A stretch of 61,627 nt of DNA, counting the filler. It is 5 parts of 5 records of this genome, joined end to end, with 100 filler letters (N's around TTAATTAATTAA, not from the genome) between each part and the next. Parts side by side here need not be neighbours in the genome. Positions count along the whole stretch, not along the records: positions 17,175 to 42,461 come from SRR31156797_4280; 4 more parts are not named here. One strand, given 5' to 3'. Of this stretch, positions 31,029 to 41,700 are shown piece after piece (position 1 is the first letter of the stretch; each line of letters starts with the position of its first letter). The notes beneath the pieces were generated by a model that saw nothing but the letters and a program-made list of their open reading frames with translations, was not told the origin of the DNA and did not search any database. The position numbers and the translations under genes are program-made.

Positions 31029-31979
31029 ATGTTGAAGAAAGTCTTAACAGCTCTCTTAATGGTCGCCCTGACTTTCGGGCTGATGGCAAATGGAAGCCAG
31101 GAGTCGGGATCCGGCGAAGTGGAACTGACCAAGGTCGGCGTTATGATGCAGACTCTCGCCAACCCCTTCTTCGTTGAAATGGTAAGCGGTGTTGAGGAAG
31201 CCGCGAAGGCCATCAATCCCGACTGCGAAGTCATCTCCCTTTCCGGAGATAATGATCTTGGCAAGCAGACAACGCAGATGGACGATCTGATTTCGGCCGG
31301 CGTGGAACTGATCATTCTGAATGCTGTAAATCATGAAGGGATCGGACCTGCTGTCAGAAGGGCCAAAGAGGCAGGTGTCGTGGTCGTGGCCGCAGACGTC
31401 GGTGCCGTGGGCGCCGACTTTGTCATTCAGTCCGATAACTGGCAGGCCGGGCGTCAGGCCGGCGAGTACATTGCCGATCGCCTCGGCGGTGAAGGTAACA
31501 TTGTCATCCTTACCGGCGATCCCGTATCTGCCGTAACAGGCCGTGTGGGCGGTTGCAAAGAAATCCTGGCCAAGTACCCCGGAATCAACATCCTCTCTGA
31601 AGATCAGAACGGAAAGGGACAGCGTGATATCAGCCTGGACCTCATGTCCAATCTTCTGACCGCTTATGATGAGATCGACGCTGTGTTTGCCATCAACGAT
31701 CCTTCGGGCATCGGCGCTACTCTGGCGATCAATCAGGCCGGCCGGCAGAGCGAAATGTTTGTCGTCGGCGTTGACGGTTCTGCCGATGCAATCAATGAAA
31801 TGAGAAAGCCCAACTCTATCTTTGCCGCCACCCCCGCTCAGGAACCCCGCAAGATGGCTATGGAAGCGACGAAACTGGGATTTGAAATCATGAAGGGATC
31901 AAAGCCGGACAGCGAAGAGATCCTGTATCCCGTAAAGCTGATCACCGCGGATAATATGGACTCTTATACTCCCTGGTAA
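31029..31979 (+). CDS. monosaccharide ABC transporter substrate-binding protein (RbsB-like)
   Basis: 'LANPFF', 'DNWQAG', 'FAIND', 'VGVDG'. Confidence 0.92.
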   Translation: MLKKVLTALLMVALTFGLMANGSQESGSGEVELTKVGVMMQTLANPFFVEMVSGVEEAAKAINPDCEVISLSGDNDLGKQTTQMDDLISAGVELIILNAVNHEGIGPAVRRAKEAGVVVVAADVGAVGADFVIQSDNWQAGRQAGEYIADRLGGEGNIVILTGDPVSAVTGRVGGCKEILAKYPGINILSEDQNGKGQRDISLDLMSNLLTAYDEIDAVFAINDPSGIGATLAINQAGRQSEMFVVGVDGSADAINEMRKPNSIFAATPAQEPRKMAMEATKLGFEIMKGSKPDSEEILYPVKLITADNMDSYTPW

Positions 31980-32009
31980 GTGATCTTCAGGAAAATAAGG
32001 TCTGTCTAT

Positions 32010-32048
32010 GCAGGGACTTGTTCTGAGTGATTGGGGACGAGCCCCTGC
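32010..32048 (+). terminator. hairpin between SBP and ATPase genes
   Basis: GCAGGGACTTGTTC / GGACGAGCCCCTGC imperfect stem followed by TTT. Confidence 0.45.
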
Positions 32049-32077
32049 TTTAAAAAGGTCAAAGAGGAGGCTGTGAA

Positions 32078-33616
32078 TTGGGGAAAATACTGGATGTCAG
32101 ACATATTTCGAAATCATTTCCCGGTTGTAAGGCTCTGGATGATGTTTCCATGCATCTGAACAAGGGCGAACTCCTTTCGGTCGTCGGCGAAAACGGCGCT
32201 GGCAAAAGTACATTGATGAAAATCCTGGCTGGCGTGTACACATCGGACAAGGGATCCATCCTTCTGGATGACAAAGAAATAGATATCGCCATTCCGAAGG
32301 ATGCCTTGAACTACGGAATCAGTCTGATCCACCAGGAACTGTCCGTTGCTCCCGATATCACGGCCGCTGAGAACATGTTCATGGGCCGGGAACCAAGGAT
32401 CCGCGGCTTGTTCGTCGACCGGAAGCACATGTATGAGGAAAGCAATCGCATTCTGCAGATGGTGCATGCCCCGTTTTCCGCCCATGCCTATCCCCGGGAT
32501 ATGAGTATTGCGGAACAGCAGGTGCTGGAGATCGCCAAAGCGGTCGGTCAGAATAGCCGGATCCTGATAATGGATGAACCCACCGCTTCCCTCAGTGAGG
32601 CTGAGATGGAAACGCTCTTCATCCTGATTGAGAAATTAAAGAAAGAGCATATTTCGATTATCTATATCAGCCACAGATTGAAGGAAGTCGTGGAGATTTC
32701 CGATCGGGTGGTCGTATTGAGGGATGGAGAGCTTGTGGCTTCCATGGGTAAAGATGAAATCAACGAAAGGGATATCGTCTCGCATATGGTGGGCCGGACC
32801 CTGTCCGACTATTACGGGAACGAACAGCTTGAGTCTGAAGATGAAATTGTGTATTCCGTCAGGAATCTTTCAGGTCCCCGTTTTATCAACGATGTTTCCT
32901 TCGATCTGTATAAGGGTGAAATCCTGGCTTTGACCGGTCTGGTCGGAGCCGGACGGACGGAGATAGCGCAGATGCTGTTCGGCATTGACAAAAGAACCTC
33001 CGGAGATTTCTATATCGATGGGATTCAGAAGGAGATACATAGCCCTATCTCTGCCATGGAGAGCGGGATCGGATTCCTTTCGGAAGACAGGAAAGGTTCG
33101 GGCTTGTTTCCGGATATGTCTTCGGCAGACAATATAAGTTTCAATACCCTCAGGGATATTTCCAAATGGGGATTCCTGGCAGGGAACTCGACGGAGAAGT
33201 ATTCTCTCGAATACATCGACAAGATGAATATCCAGCTTGCTTCGCCCCGGGTCAAAGCGCTCTCTCTTTCCGGGGGGAACCAGCAAAAGCTTCTCATAGC
33301 GCGATGGCTCTCCATCAAGCCCAGAATCCTCATCCTGGACGAACCGACCCGCGGCGTTGACGTGGGGGCAAAGAGCGAAATCTACAAGATCGTCTTAAAC
33401 CTGGTCAAGGAAGGGAATACCTCTGTCATCTTTATTTCCAGTGAGCTTCCCGAGGTCGTCGGACTGGCCAGCCGGGTGCTGGTCGTCAGGGACGGGCGCA
33501 TCGTCACTGAAATAAAAGAGAAAGGGCGGATCAGCCAGGATTACATAATGCAATATGCGACGGGAGTCCGGTCTCCTGATTATAAATTTACAGAAAAAGG
33601 AAATGCAGATGAGTGA
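32078..33616 (+). CDS. monosaccharide ABC transporter ATP-binding protein (RbsA-like, two NBDs)
   Basis: 'GENGAGKST', 'MDEPT', 'LSGGNQQK', 'DEPTRGVDVGAK'; TTG start after GAGGAGG. Confidence 0.95.
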   Translation: MGKILDVRHISKSFPGCKALDDVSMHLNKGELLSVVGENGAGKSTLMKILAGVYTSDKGSILLDDKEIDIAIPKDALNYGISLIHQELSVAPDITAAENMFMGREPRIRGLFVDRKHMYEESNRILQMVHAPFSAHAYPRDMSIAEQQVLEIAKAVGQNSRILIMDEPTASLSEAEMETLFILIEKLKKEHISIIYISHRLKEVVEISDRVVVLRDGELVASMGKDEINERDIVSHMVGRTLSDYYGNEQLESEDEIVYSVRNLSGPRFINDVSFDLYKGEILALTGLVGAGRTEIAQMLFGIDKRTSGDFYIDGIQKEIHSPISAMESGIGFLSEDRKGSGLFPDMSSADNISFNTLRDISKWGFLAGNSTEKYSLEYIDKMNIQLASPRVKALSLSGGNQQKLLIARWLSIKPRILILDEPTRGVDVGAKSEIYKIVLNLVKEGNTSVIFISSELPEVVGLASRVLVVRDGRIVTEIKEKGRISQDYIMQYATGVRSPDYKFTEKGNADE

Positions 33617-34586
33617 TTCAATTTCAACAGGTCCTGCCACTGGCAATAAGATTGGAGTGAAGAAATTCGATTTGCAGAAATTCGGAGTCCTTCCTGTTCT
33701 GATTATCTTCTGCGTTATGTTCTCTTTGCTGGAACCCAGGTTCCTTTCTGTTCATAACATTACGAATGTCTTTCGGCAGGCCGCTGTGAACATCATCATA
33801 GCGTCGGGAATGACAATGGTCATACTGACTGGCGGAATCGACCTTTCGGTGGGTTCCATTCTGGCCGTTTCCTCTGTCGCCGCCGTCCAGGTTTCTTTGA
33901 CTCCCTTCGCGCCATTGGCTGTTCCCTTCGGTCTGCTGATAGGCCTTCTGGCAGGGCTGTGCAACGGGTTTATCGTTTCATTTTTCAAGATGCCCCCTTT
34001 CATAGCCACATTGGGTATGATGACCTCCCTGAGGGGGGCCGCCTACCTTCTGTCTGACGGAACGACCGTAATAAACAATGAACTCGGCTTCGCCTGGATC
34101 GGTAACAACAATCTCGGAATTGTTCCCTGGCAGGTGTTCTTTGCTCTGTTCATCATGGCTGTCACATGGGTGCTGTTGAGAAGAACCATCATAGGAATGC
34201 GCATCTACGCGGTCGGCGGAAATGAAAAGGCCGCTATCTATTCAGGTATATCGGTGGCAGCCGTAATACTGCTCGTGCACGGTCTGAGCGGACTGTTCAG
34301 CGGGTTCGCAGGGGTTGTGATGGCATCGCGTCTATACAGTGCCAGCGGTTTGCTGGGCATTTCCTACGAACTGGATGCCATTGCTGCGGTCATCCTCGGG
34401 GGGACGAGCTTTAACGGCGGTGTCGGCGGCGTCGGCGGAACCCTTGTAGGGGCATTGATCATTTCCGTACTCAATAACGGTTTGATCATAATCGGCGTTC
34501 CCTATTTCTGGCAGCAGGTTATCAAGGGGATGGTAATCATTGTGGCCGTCATCATCGACATCTACAGACAGAGAATAAAAAGCTGA
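33609..34586 (+). CDS. monosaccharide ABC transporter permease (RbsC-like)
   Basis: 'GGIDLSVGS', 'PPFIATLG', 'YELDAIAAVILGGTS'. Confidence 0.95.
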   Translation: MSDSISTGPATGNKIGVKKFDLQKFGVLPVLIIFCVMFSLLEPRFLSVHNITNVFRQAAVNIIIASGMTMVILTGGIDLSVGSILAVSSVAAVQVSLTPFAPLAVPFGLLIGLLAGLCNGFIVSFFKMPPFIATLGMMTSLRGAAYLLSDGTTVINNELGFAWIGNNNLGIVPWQVFFALFIMAVTWVLLRRTIIGMRIYAVGGNEKAAIYSGISVAAVILLVHGLSGLFSGFAGVVMASRLYSASGLLGISYELDAIAAVILGGTSFNGGVGGVGGTLVGALIISVLNNGLIIIGVPYFWQQVIKGMVIIVAVIIDIYRQRIKS

Positions 34587-34591
34587 CGGCC

Positions 34592-35551
34592 ATGAAGCAG
34601 TATGACATTGTGTGCGCCGGCGTCGCCTGCCTGGATATCGTCGTATCGGGAAATGTGACTCCCGGGATATTCAATGTGGACAGTACGGCAATCGAACAGA
34701 TCCTTCTTCAGCCCGGGGGGGATGCGGTTAATGAATCTATCACGGCTGCGTCCCTGGGCATGCGCACGGCACTGGTTTCCTGTCTGGGGAATGACTGGAA
34801 GGGGGATTCTCTGTACGACATACTGGTGCGGAGGCAGGTGGACACAAGGTATGTGGAGAGAACGGAGGACGCCGCCACTGTGTCTTCCATCGTTCTGGTT
34901 TCTGAAGACGGTCAGCGGAATTTCCTCTTCGACCGCGGATGCGGAAGCCGCTATTGCCCCGGCCGTTCCGCTCTCGAGGCGGTGAGAAGGACACGCTTGC
35001 TCTCAATCGCAAGTTTTTTCGTACAGCCTCGCTTCGATGAAGAGGGGGCCTTTCTTCTTTTGGAGGAAGCCCGCAGGCATGATGTCCTGACCGTCGCTGA
35101 CGTGAGTTGTGATACCTTGGGGAGCGGTCTGTCCATGCTGAGCCCCCTGTTCCCATTGCTGGATTTCTTTATGCCGAGTCTGGAGGAAGCAAGGGGATTG
35201 TCCGGAAAAACTGAGCTGGAAGAGATCTGCCGGGTGCTGCGGGAGCATGGGGCAAAAAACCTTGTCATCAAATTGGGTGCGGAGGGCTGTTATCTTCGAA
35301 CGAAGGAAAAGGCTGTTGTCATCCCCACTTTCAATGAGGCCCCTGTGGTGGACACGACAGGATGCGGAGACAATTTCGTGGCATCCTTCTGCTATGGTTT
35401 GCTGAATGATTTCAGCCTTGAAGACTGCGCATTATTTGCGAATGCGGCAGCATCGATCAATGCCGGATTTATGGGCGGGAGCGGACATCTGAAGTCTTCG
35501 GAAGAGGTTTCTGATTTCCTCCGCTTAAATAAACCAGAAATATCTATCTAG
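34592..35551 (+). CDS. PfkB/ribokinase family carbohydrate kinase
   Basis: 'PGGDAVN', 'IKLGAEG', 'VVDTTGCGDNF'. Confidence 0.92.
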   Translation: MKQYDIVCAGVACLDIVVSGNVTPGIFNVDSTAIEQILLQPGGDAVNESITAASLGMRTALVSCLGNDWKGDSLYDILVRRQVDTRYVERTEDAATVSSIVLVSEDGQRNFLFDRGCGSRYCPGRSALEAVRRTRLLSIASFFVQPRFDEEGAFLLLEEARRHDVLTVADVSCDTLGSGLSMLSPLFPLLDFFMPSLEEARGLSGKTELEEICRVLREHGAKNLVIKLGAEGCYLRTKEKAVVIPTFNEAPVVDTTGCGDNFVASFCYGLLNDFSLEDCALFANAAASINAGFMGGSGHLKSSEEVSDFLRLNKPEISI

Positions 35552-35564
35552 TAAGGAAACAAGA

Positions 35565-36422
35565 ATGTTAGTAACTCTCAAGGACGCTTTGGAAAAAGCC
35601 CGGAAAAGTAAGTATGCTGTCGGCGCGTTTAATGTGACGAATCCCCTCTGCCTGTCTCCCATTATAAAGGCCGCAGAAAAGAAAGGCTCGCCGGTTATCA
35701 TCAATATCGCGGAGGTCTCCTTTCCCGACACGGATCTTCCCAGGATGTATCCGGCGATCATCCATGCCGCCCGGGAAGCAAGGGTTCCGGTTGTCGTAAA
35801 TCTTGACCACGGAACGAGCGAAAACGGTGTGATGACGGCTCTCCGCTACGGCTTCAGTTCCATTATGTTTGACGCGACTGAATGCAGTTATGAAGAGAAT
35901 GTCGCTCTCTCATCCCGCTATGCCCGCATGCTTCATGAGGTCGGAGTCTCCCTTGAAGGCGAGCTGGGGATCATCAGCTTTCCGGAAGGGAGTGTCACAG
36001 AGAACGAAGCGTCCGCAGAAAACTATACCGATGTCAGGCTGATCAGGCCCTTCATAGACGCGACGGCAGTGGATGCCCTGGCAGTGTCTATCGGTAATGT
36101 TCATGGATTCTACAAGGGCGAGCCCGATCTTCAATTTGATCTCCTCGAAGAAATCGCCTCTCTCTCCACTGTGCCCCTCGTCCTGCACGGGGGATCGGGA
36201 ATATCGGATGATGATTTTAGAAAAGCCATCTCATTGGGAATCAGTAAGATTAACTTTTATACCGGGTGCAGCGTTGCGTCTTACGAGGCCCTGAAATCGT
36301 ATATGGCCGAACTGAACGGGGACTATACCGATATGGTTCATATCAGTTGGAAGCTGATGGATGCCTTCCAGGAAACAGTTGAAGAGCGGATGGATGTATT
36401 CGGAAGTACCGGGAAGGCATAA
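35565..36422 (+). CDS. class II ketose-bisphosphate aldolase
   Basis: 'YAVGAFN', 'LDHG', 'EGELG', 'GNVHG', 'VLHGGSG', 'KINFYT'. Confidence 0.93.
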   Translation: MLVTLKDALEKARKSKYAVGAFNVTNPLCLSPIIKAAEKKGSPVIINIAEVSFPDTDLPRMYPAIIHAAREARVPVVVNLDHGTSENGVMTALRYGFSSIMFDATECSYEENVALSSRYARMLHEVGVSLEGELGIISFPEGSVTENEASAENYTDVRLIRPFIDATAVDALAVSIGNVHGFYKGEPDLQFDLLEEIASLSTVPLVLHGGSGISDDDFRKAISLGISKINFYTGCSVASYEALKSYMAELNGDYTDMVHISWKLMDAFQETVEERMDVFGSTGKA

Positions 36423-36445
36423 CAATCAAAGTGTTGAGGCAGTGA

Positions 36446-38155
36446 ATGGATAAGCTTTTAGCGGGTATCGACTTCGGTTCCGATTCCGTACGTGTACTTT
36501 TATGTGACCCACAAAACGGCGAGGAGGTCTCTACTGGAGTCTCCCTTTATGAGCGCTGGGAAAAGAAGCTGTACTGCCGCCCGGAGACGAGTCAGTACCG
36601 TCAGCATGCCCGGGACTATACGGAAGGTCTGTGCAATGCGTTCCGGAAGGCCCTTTCCGCTGCCTATCCGGGTGCCGGTAACGATATTGCGGGGATTGCC
36701 GTGGATACAACCGGTTCGACTCCCTGTCCTGTGGACATCACGGGAACCCCCCTGTGCCTGCGTGACGAGTGGAAGGACGAGCCTGACGCGATGTTCCATC
36801 TCTGGAAGGACCATACCGCCGTGGAAGAAGCCCGGCAAATCAACCGGGCGTTCAGTGAAGGGCATACAGATTTTACGAAGCACCAGGGTGTTTATTCGTC
36901 AGAATGGTTCTGGGCGAAGATCCTGCATACGGTCAGGAGCAATCGGGCCATCCGCGAGGCCGCCTATACCTGGCTTGAGCATTCCGACTGGATGGCCGGT
37001 CTTCTGCTGGGTCTGGAATCGGCGGACGCGTATCCCAGAGGATCCTGTTCTGCCGGTCACAAGGCCTTATGGCATAGTGAGTTCGGAGGGCTGCCCGACA
37101 GAGAGATTCTGAACACTCTCGATCCCCACCTGGCCATGGTCTCTGACCGGTATACGGAGAATCCGATACCGGCGGGGACATGCCTGGGCACTGTTTCATC
37201 CCCTTGGGCTGAAAGGCTGGGAATCAGTCCGGACGCGAAGATCGGCATGGGCTCGTTCGACGCTCATGCCGGCGCCGTGGGAGCCGGCATCGAGAGAAAC
37301 ACGATGGTGAAGGTCATCGGGACGTCAACGGTGGATCTTGTCATTGAGAAACCGGAAGCCCTTCATGGCAAAGACCTCCGTGAAGTCTGCGGCCGGGCCG
37401 AAGATTCCATCATTCCCGGTTATATCGGCATGGAGATGGGGCAGCCTGCTTTCGGAGACGCCTACGCATGGGTGAAAAAACTGGGCCTGTGGCCTCTCCA
37501 TAATATCCGGTTCCCTCCGGAAATCGTTTCGGAAGAGACCCTGGACAAGATGAAGTCTTTCCTTGGACGGGAGACCATGCGGGCATTGGAATGCTCCGCT
37601 GAAAATCTGACTATGAACCGGGAAATCGCCCTGGACTGGTTTAACGGGCGTAGGTATCCCGCTTTGAATGAATCTGTTAAATCTGTTTTCTCGGATATCT
37701 CATTGAGCAGCGACCTCCCTGCCGTCTTCTGCGCTGTGGCAAAGGGAACCGTCTTCGGCAGCAGGAGGATATTCGAGTCCCTGCTGAGTCACGGCATCGA
37801 AATAAACAGGATCATTGCGGTAGGCGGCATTGCTGAAAAATCTCCTTTCGTCATGCAGATGCTGGCCGATGTCCTCAAAGTTCCCCTGTATGTATGCCGG
37901 GATGCGCAGGTCTGTGCGAAGGGGGCGGCAATTTATGCCGGAGTCGCAGCAGGTTGTTACAGCTGTATCCCTGAAGCCCAGAAATCTTGTTGCCGTTTAG
38001 ACGATAAGCCCTATACTCCCCATGCTGAAAAGGAAGCGTTTTATGATCGTCAGTATCAGATATACCTTGAATCCGGCAGGTTAGGGGAGTGGCTGGCATC
38101 GGGGCGGGGGGGCCGGCAAGGTCCTGCTCCGGGATCCCCCGCCCGGTGGGTTTAA
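36446..38155 (+). CDS. araB: ribulokinase-like FGGY kinase
   Basis: 'GIDFGSDSVR', 'DTTGST', 'LWKDHTA', 'YSSEWFWAK', 'FDAHAGAVG', 'LDWFNGRR'. Confidence 0.85.
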   Translation: MDKLLAGIDFGSDSVRVLLCDPQNGEEVSTGVSLYERWEKKLYCRPETSQYRQHARDYTEGLCNAFRKALSAAYPGAGNDIAGIAVDTTGSTPCPVDITGTPLCLRDEWKDEPDAMFHLWKDHTAVEEARQINRAFSEGHTDFTKHQGVYSSEWFWAKILHTVRSNRAIREAAYTWLEHSDWMAGLLLGLESADAYPRGSCSAGHKALWHSEFGGLPDREILNTLDPHLAMVSDRYTENPIPAGTCLGTVSSPWAERLGISPDAKIGMGSFDAHAGAVGAGIERNTMVKVIGTSTVDLVIEKPEALHGKDLREVCGRAEDSIIPGYIGMEMGQPAFGDAYAWVKKLGLWPLHNIRFPPEIVSEETLDKMKSFLGRETMRALECSAENLTMNREIALDWFNGRRYPALNESVKSVFSDISLSSDLPAVFCAVAKGTVFGSRRIFESLLSHGIEINRIIAVGGIAEKSPFVMQMLADVLKVPLYVCRDAQVCAKGAAIYAGVAAGCYSCIPEAQKSCCRLDDKPYTPHAEKEAFYDRQYQIYLESGRLGEWLASGRGGRQGPAPGSPARWV

Positions 38156-38358
38156 AAAAACAGCGCCCAAAGGGGCAAGGGCTTATCTGACCCTCTCGAT
38201 CACATTCTCAGACCGCTCCCTGTCTTTATTGGGGCTCCCCCTCGCCTCCTGACAGGATCTTTCCTTTCGCCGTGAATCCCGATCTGGCTTGCGGCGCTTT
38301 TTTTTCAATCCCGACATACAGTTGTCGTATATAGCCCTGTAGCTTGGGATAGAATCAA

Positions 38359-39015
38359 ATGTGCAAGGAGGATCAAATGGATCTGAAGAAGAGGGAGAGA
38401 CGCTGCTATCTCTATGTGCTGAACACCCTGGCGGACTGGGAAATCGGATATATCACGGCGGAGCTGAAGAGCGGGCGTTACATGAGGCCCGGCGGGGAGA
38501 TCGAACTGGTGATGATGGGAAATGGCAGGGGCGCCGTCACGACCATGGGCGGCCTTTCGATAACGCCGGATATCAGTGTGGAAGAGGCCGAATTCCGGGA
38601 GGGGGATGTGCTGATCCTTCCAGGCGGGGATACATGGGCGGAGGATGAGAACGCTCGGGTTCTGGATCTGCTGCCCGCCCTGCTGGAGAAGGAGGTCGTT
38701 GTCGCGGCCATCTGCGGGGCCACGGCGGCCCTGGCGGAACGGGGGATCCTGGATAAGAGAAGGCACACCAGCAACGACAGGGAGTATCTGAAGATGTTCT
38801 GTCCCGGATACGGAGGGAGCTCGTATTTTGTTGAGGAGCCTGTCTGCGTGGATGGTAATCTGATCACGGCCTCCGGTCTGGCCCCTCTGGAGTTCAGTTA
38901 TGAGCTCTTCCGGAAGACGAATGCCATGAAAACGGATACACTGGAGGCCTGGTACGGATTGTTCAAGACCCGGGAGTCGAAGTGCTTTTTCGCTCTCATG
39001 GAGTCGCTGAGATAG
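38359..39015 (+). CDS. DJ-1/PfpI family protein
   Basis: 'LADWEIGY', 'LILPGG', 'AAICGAT', 'DGNLITASG'. Start may be 38377. Confidence 0.9.
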   Translation: MCKEDQMDLKKRERRCYLYVLNTLADWEIGYITAELKSGRYMRPGGEIELVMMGNGRGAVTTMGGLSITPDISVEEAEFREGDVLILPGGDTWAEDENARVLDLLPALLEKEVVVAAICGATAALAERGILDKRRHTSNDREYLKMFCPGYGGSSYFVEEPVCVDGNLITASGLAPLEFSYELFRKTNAMKTDTLEAWYGLFKTRESKCFFALMESLR

Positions 39016-39182
39016 GCATGACGTCCGGAACCTTGAGGATGTGGCGGCCGTGGCGCCCCTGTCGGTGATGGCGTAGTTCTGGACGACGGACATGTCTCTG
39101 GGCGACGCCCGAACCGATTCTCCAGCATTAATTGATGTTTTCTGTTTCATATAGTAATCTTGTAAGTAGGAGATTCTATTAA

Positions 39183-40232
39183 GTGGGCATTCGAAATAGA
39201 TTAAAGAGAGACAATATTCTCAGGATACTGGAGCATCTATGGTGTTATCCCGGGAAGAGCCGGGCGGATCTGGCCAGAGAGCTGCGCCTTGACCGTTCCA
39301 CTGCGGGATCTCTGGCCGACTGGATGATTGAACACTCCCTGCTCTGCGAACGCCGCGCACAGGCCGCGAACGGCTCGAGGGGGGGGCGGCCTCCCATTCT
39401 CCTCAGTGTGAAGTTCGGCTACGCGTACGGCATCGGAGTGGAGCTGACGTTTCCCTATATCCGCATGTACGCCGAAGACCTGAGCGGTGTGCTTCTGGAG
39501 GAGAAGGAGATCCCCGTGGACCAGTACGGTCCCGAGGCCATCAACCTTCTGGCCGTGGAGCTGGCCCGTTTCCGGAACTCCCTGGATGAGCGGTACCGGC
39601 GGGCCTGCGGCCTGGCGGCCGTGGGGATCGGCGTCAGCGGCATGGTCGATCCCGAAAGAAAGAGCATCCTTCTTTCCAACGCCCTATGCATCAGTTCTCC
39701 TCTTGCGGTTACAGAGCCTCTTGAAGCGGTTTTGGGAGTTCCCATCATCCTTTTCAATGACGCTCAGGCCTGTGCCTGGGGGGAAGCCCACAATCTTTCC
39801 AGGGATAAGCTCGTTCTGGCTCTTATTGAGAACAGGGGCGGGCAGACCGAGGGAGAGATCGGCGTGGGAATCGGCATCGTCAGTGACGGCAATCTGATGG
39901 ACGGGCGGGCGATTACCCACCTGCTGCAGCCTGACCCCGAGGGCCGCTCCGTACCCGATCCGTTTTTTTTAAAGAACATGGGCCGCTCTCTGGCCCTGAT
40001 CGTCAATGTCACCGGCTCTGACGACATCGTTCTGGCAGGAGACGTGGGGGAATACCGTGAGGTCCTGGCGAAAGAAATTATGGATAATATCTCCGGTCCC
40101 CGGGGATACAGCGGACTCTCTGTCAAGGTTCACGGGACCCGGCATCCCGGTTGGGCCGTAGCCTCGGGAGCCGGGTATTCGGCCCTGAGAATCACTCTGT
40201 CCAGGCATCAGTTTCCCATCGTATCTCCCTGA
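39183..40232 (+). CDS. ROK family transcriptional regulator
   Basis: 'SRADLAREL.L', 'GGRPP', 'GIGVSGMVD', 'NDAQACA', 'GVGIGI'. Confidence 0.88.
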   Translation: MGIRNRLKRDNILRILEHLWCYPGKSRADLARELRLDRSTAGSLADWMIEHSLLCERRAQAANGSRGGRPPILLSVKFGYAYGIGVELTFPYIRMYAEDLSGVLLEEKEIPVDQYGPEAINLLAVELARFRNSLDERYRRACGLAAVGIGVSGMVDPERKSILLSNALCISSPLAVTEPLEAVLGVPIILFNDAQACAWGEAHNLSRDKLVLALIENRGGQTEGEIGVGIGIVSDGNLMDGRAITHLLQPDPEGRSVPDPFFLKNMGRSLALIVNVTGSDDIVLAGDVGEYREVLAKEIMDNISGPRGYSGLSVKVHGTRHPGWAVASGAGYSALRITLSRHQFPIVSP

Positions 40233-40257
40233 AATTTAAGGATCTGATCATTTTTGA

Positions 40258-40286
40258 TTGACAGCTGCGTTCCAGCTCCGTATTAT
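40258..40286 (+). promoter_or_regulatory. sigma70 promoter of the third ABC operon
   Basis: TTGACA-17 nt-TATTAT. Confidence 0.7.
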
Positions 40287-40330
40287 AGATAGTTGAAAAA
40301 CCAACAAACCTATGAAGGGAGGATGATGAA

Positions 40331-41605
40331 ATGCTTAAAAAAAGTATGCTGTTCGCTTTGATGATTCTCATGTCTGTCTTAGTATTTGCTGCCGGAGGAC
40401 AGGACGCGGGGCCGGAATCGGCTGCTTCGGAAGATGCGGTTACCCTTGATTTCTGGTCATGGCGTACAGAGGACGTTGCTGTGTACGATGCTTTGAACGA
40501 ACAGTTCACAGAGAAGAACCCCGGTGTCAAAGTAGAGTTCACGGCCTATAAGAATACCGAATACAATACGGTTCTCTCAGCGGCCATCAAGGGCGGTACA
40601 GGACCCGATATCATCCAGCTGAAACCCTACGGCGGACTGGAAACCTATGCCAAGCCCGGCTATCTGATGCCCCTCGGTGACAAGGTGCCCGAGCTTAAGG
40701 GATTCAGCGAGAATGCCCTGATGGGGTCTACCAGCGTCTCCGACGGCAGGGTCTACGGCGTTCCCTTCGCCAGCCAGACCCTGGTGATCTACTACAACAA
40801 AGGCATGTATAAAGAGCTTGGACTCACTGTTCCCGAAACCTGGGAGCAGTTCCTGTCAAATTTGAAGGCCATGAAAGAAGCAGGGTACACGCCCCTGGCC
40901 AACGGCGGAAAAGACGGCTGGACCCTCGAGGTGCTGCAGGGCGTTATCTGTCCCAACTTCTACGGTGCCAACGACTTCTTTAATGAGGTGACCAGCGGTA
41001 AGAGCGACTTTACCGATGATCGCTACAGAAGCTCTCTGGAAAAGCTTCTGGAGCTGCGCCCCTATATGCCCGATAACTTTATGGGAATCGCCTACACAGA
41101 TATGCAGATGCTCTTTATCAACGAGATGGCCGGTCACTTTATCGGGGGCAGTTGGGAAGCCGGTTATTTCAGCAGTGAGAATCCCGATCTGGACTTTGAT
41201 GTGTTCGCCGGCCCCGTCGCCAGGTCGGGGGATACCCGCTATGTGAGCGCCTTTGTAGACGGTTCCTATGGTATGAACGCCGCAACAGAGCATCCCGAAG
41301 AGGCCGCCGCCTATCTCAGCTTCATGGCTTCCGCTCCCGCAGGCCAGTATCTGGCGGATAAGCTCAGGCAGAAATCCGATGTTCCGGGCGTTCAGTTCAA
41401 CGACCCCTTTCTGAACAAACTGGGAGAGCTGAACAGGAACTCAACCCCCTATATCATGCTTGTGGGATTCCGTTATGAGCAACCTACCGGCTCCTCTCTG
41501 ATACAGAGCACCCTCCAGGGGCTGCTGGCCGACAGCATCGACAGCCGTGAGGTCGTCAGTCAGGTGCAGGAAGGCGTGGCGACCTGGTACAAACCTTTTC
41601 AGTAG
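40331..41605 (+). CDS. carbohydrate ABC transporter substrate-binding protein
   Basis: Signal peptide 'FAAGGQD', 'GPDII', 'YGVPF', 'YYNK', 'PETWEQF'. Confidence 0.92.
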   Translation: MLKKSMLFALMILMSVLVFAAGGQDAGPESAASEDAVTLDFWSWRTEDVAVYDALNEQFTEKNPGVKVEFTAYKNTEYNTVLSAAIKGGTGPDIIQLKPYGGLETYAKPGYLMPLGDKVPELKGFSENALMGSTSVSDGRVYGVPFASQTLVIYYNKGMYKELGLTVPETWEQFLSNLKAMKEAGYTPLANGGKDGWTLEVLQGVICPNFYGANDFFNEVTSGKSDFTDDRYRSSLEKLLELRPYMPDNFMGIAYTDMQMLFINEMAGHFIGGSWEAGYFSSENPDLDFDVFAGPVARSGDTRYVSAFVDGSYGMNAATEHPEEAAAYLSFMASAPAGQYLADKLRQKSDVPGVQFNDPFLNKLGELNRNSTPYIMLVGFRYEQPTGSSLIQSTLQGLLADSIDSREVVSQVQEGVATWYKPFQ

Positions 41606-41651
41606 ACTCTGATTCCCTCCATCCCTTTGACGGGGTGGAGGCGCCAGGACA

Positions 41652-41678
41652 AGGCCGGAGGGTCTCCGGCCTCTTTCT
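41652..41678 (+). terminator. hairpin after the SBP gene
   Basis: AGGCCGGAG-ggt-CTCCGGCCT followed by CTTTCT. Confidence 0.55.
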
Positions 41679-41700
41679 ATCCCATTCATCTGGAATACTA

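Noticed and set aside
38305..39150. 281-aa minus-strand ORF
   Set aside because: Antisense to the DJ-1/PfpI gene, which carries clear family motifs.
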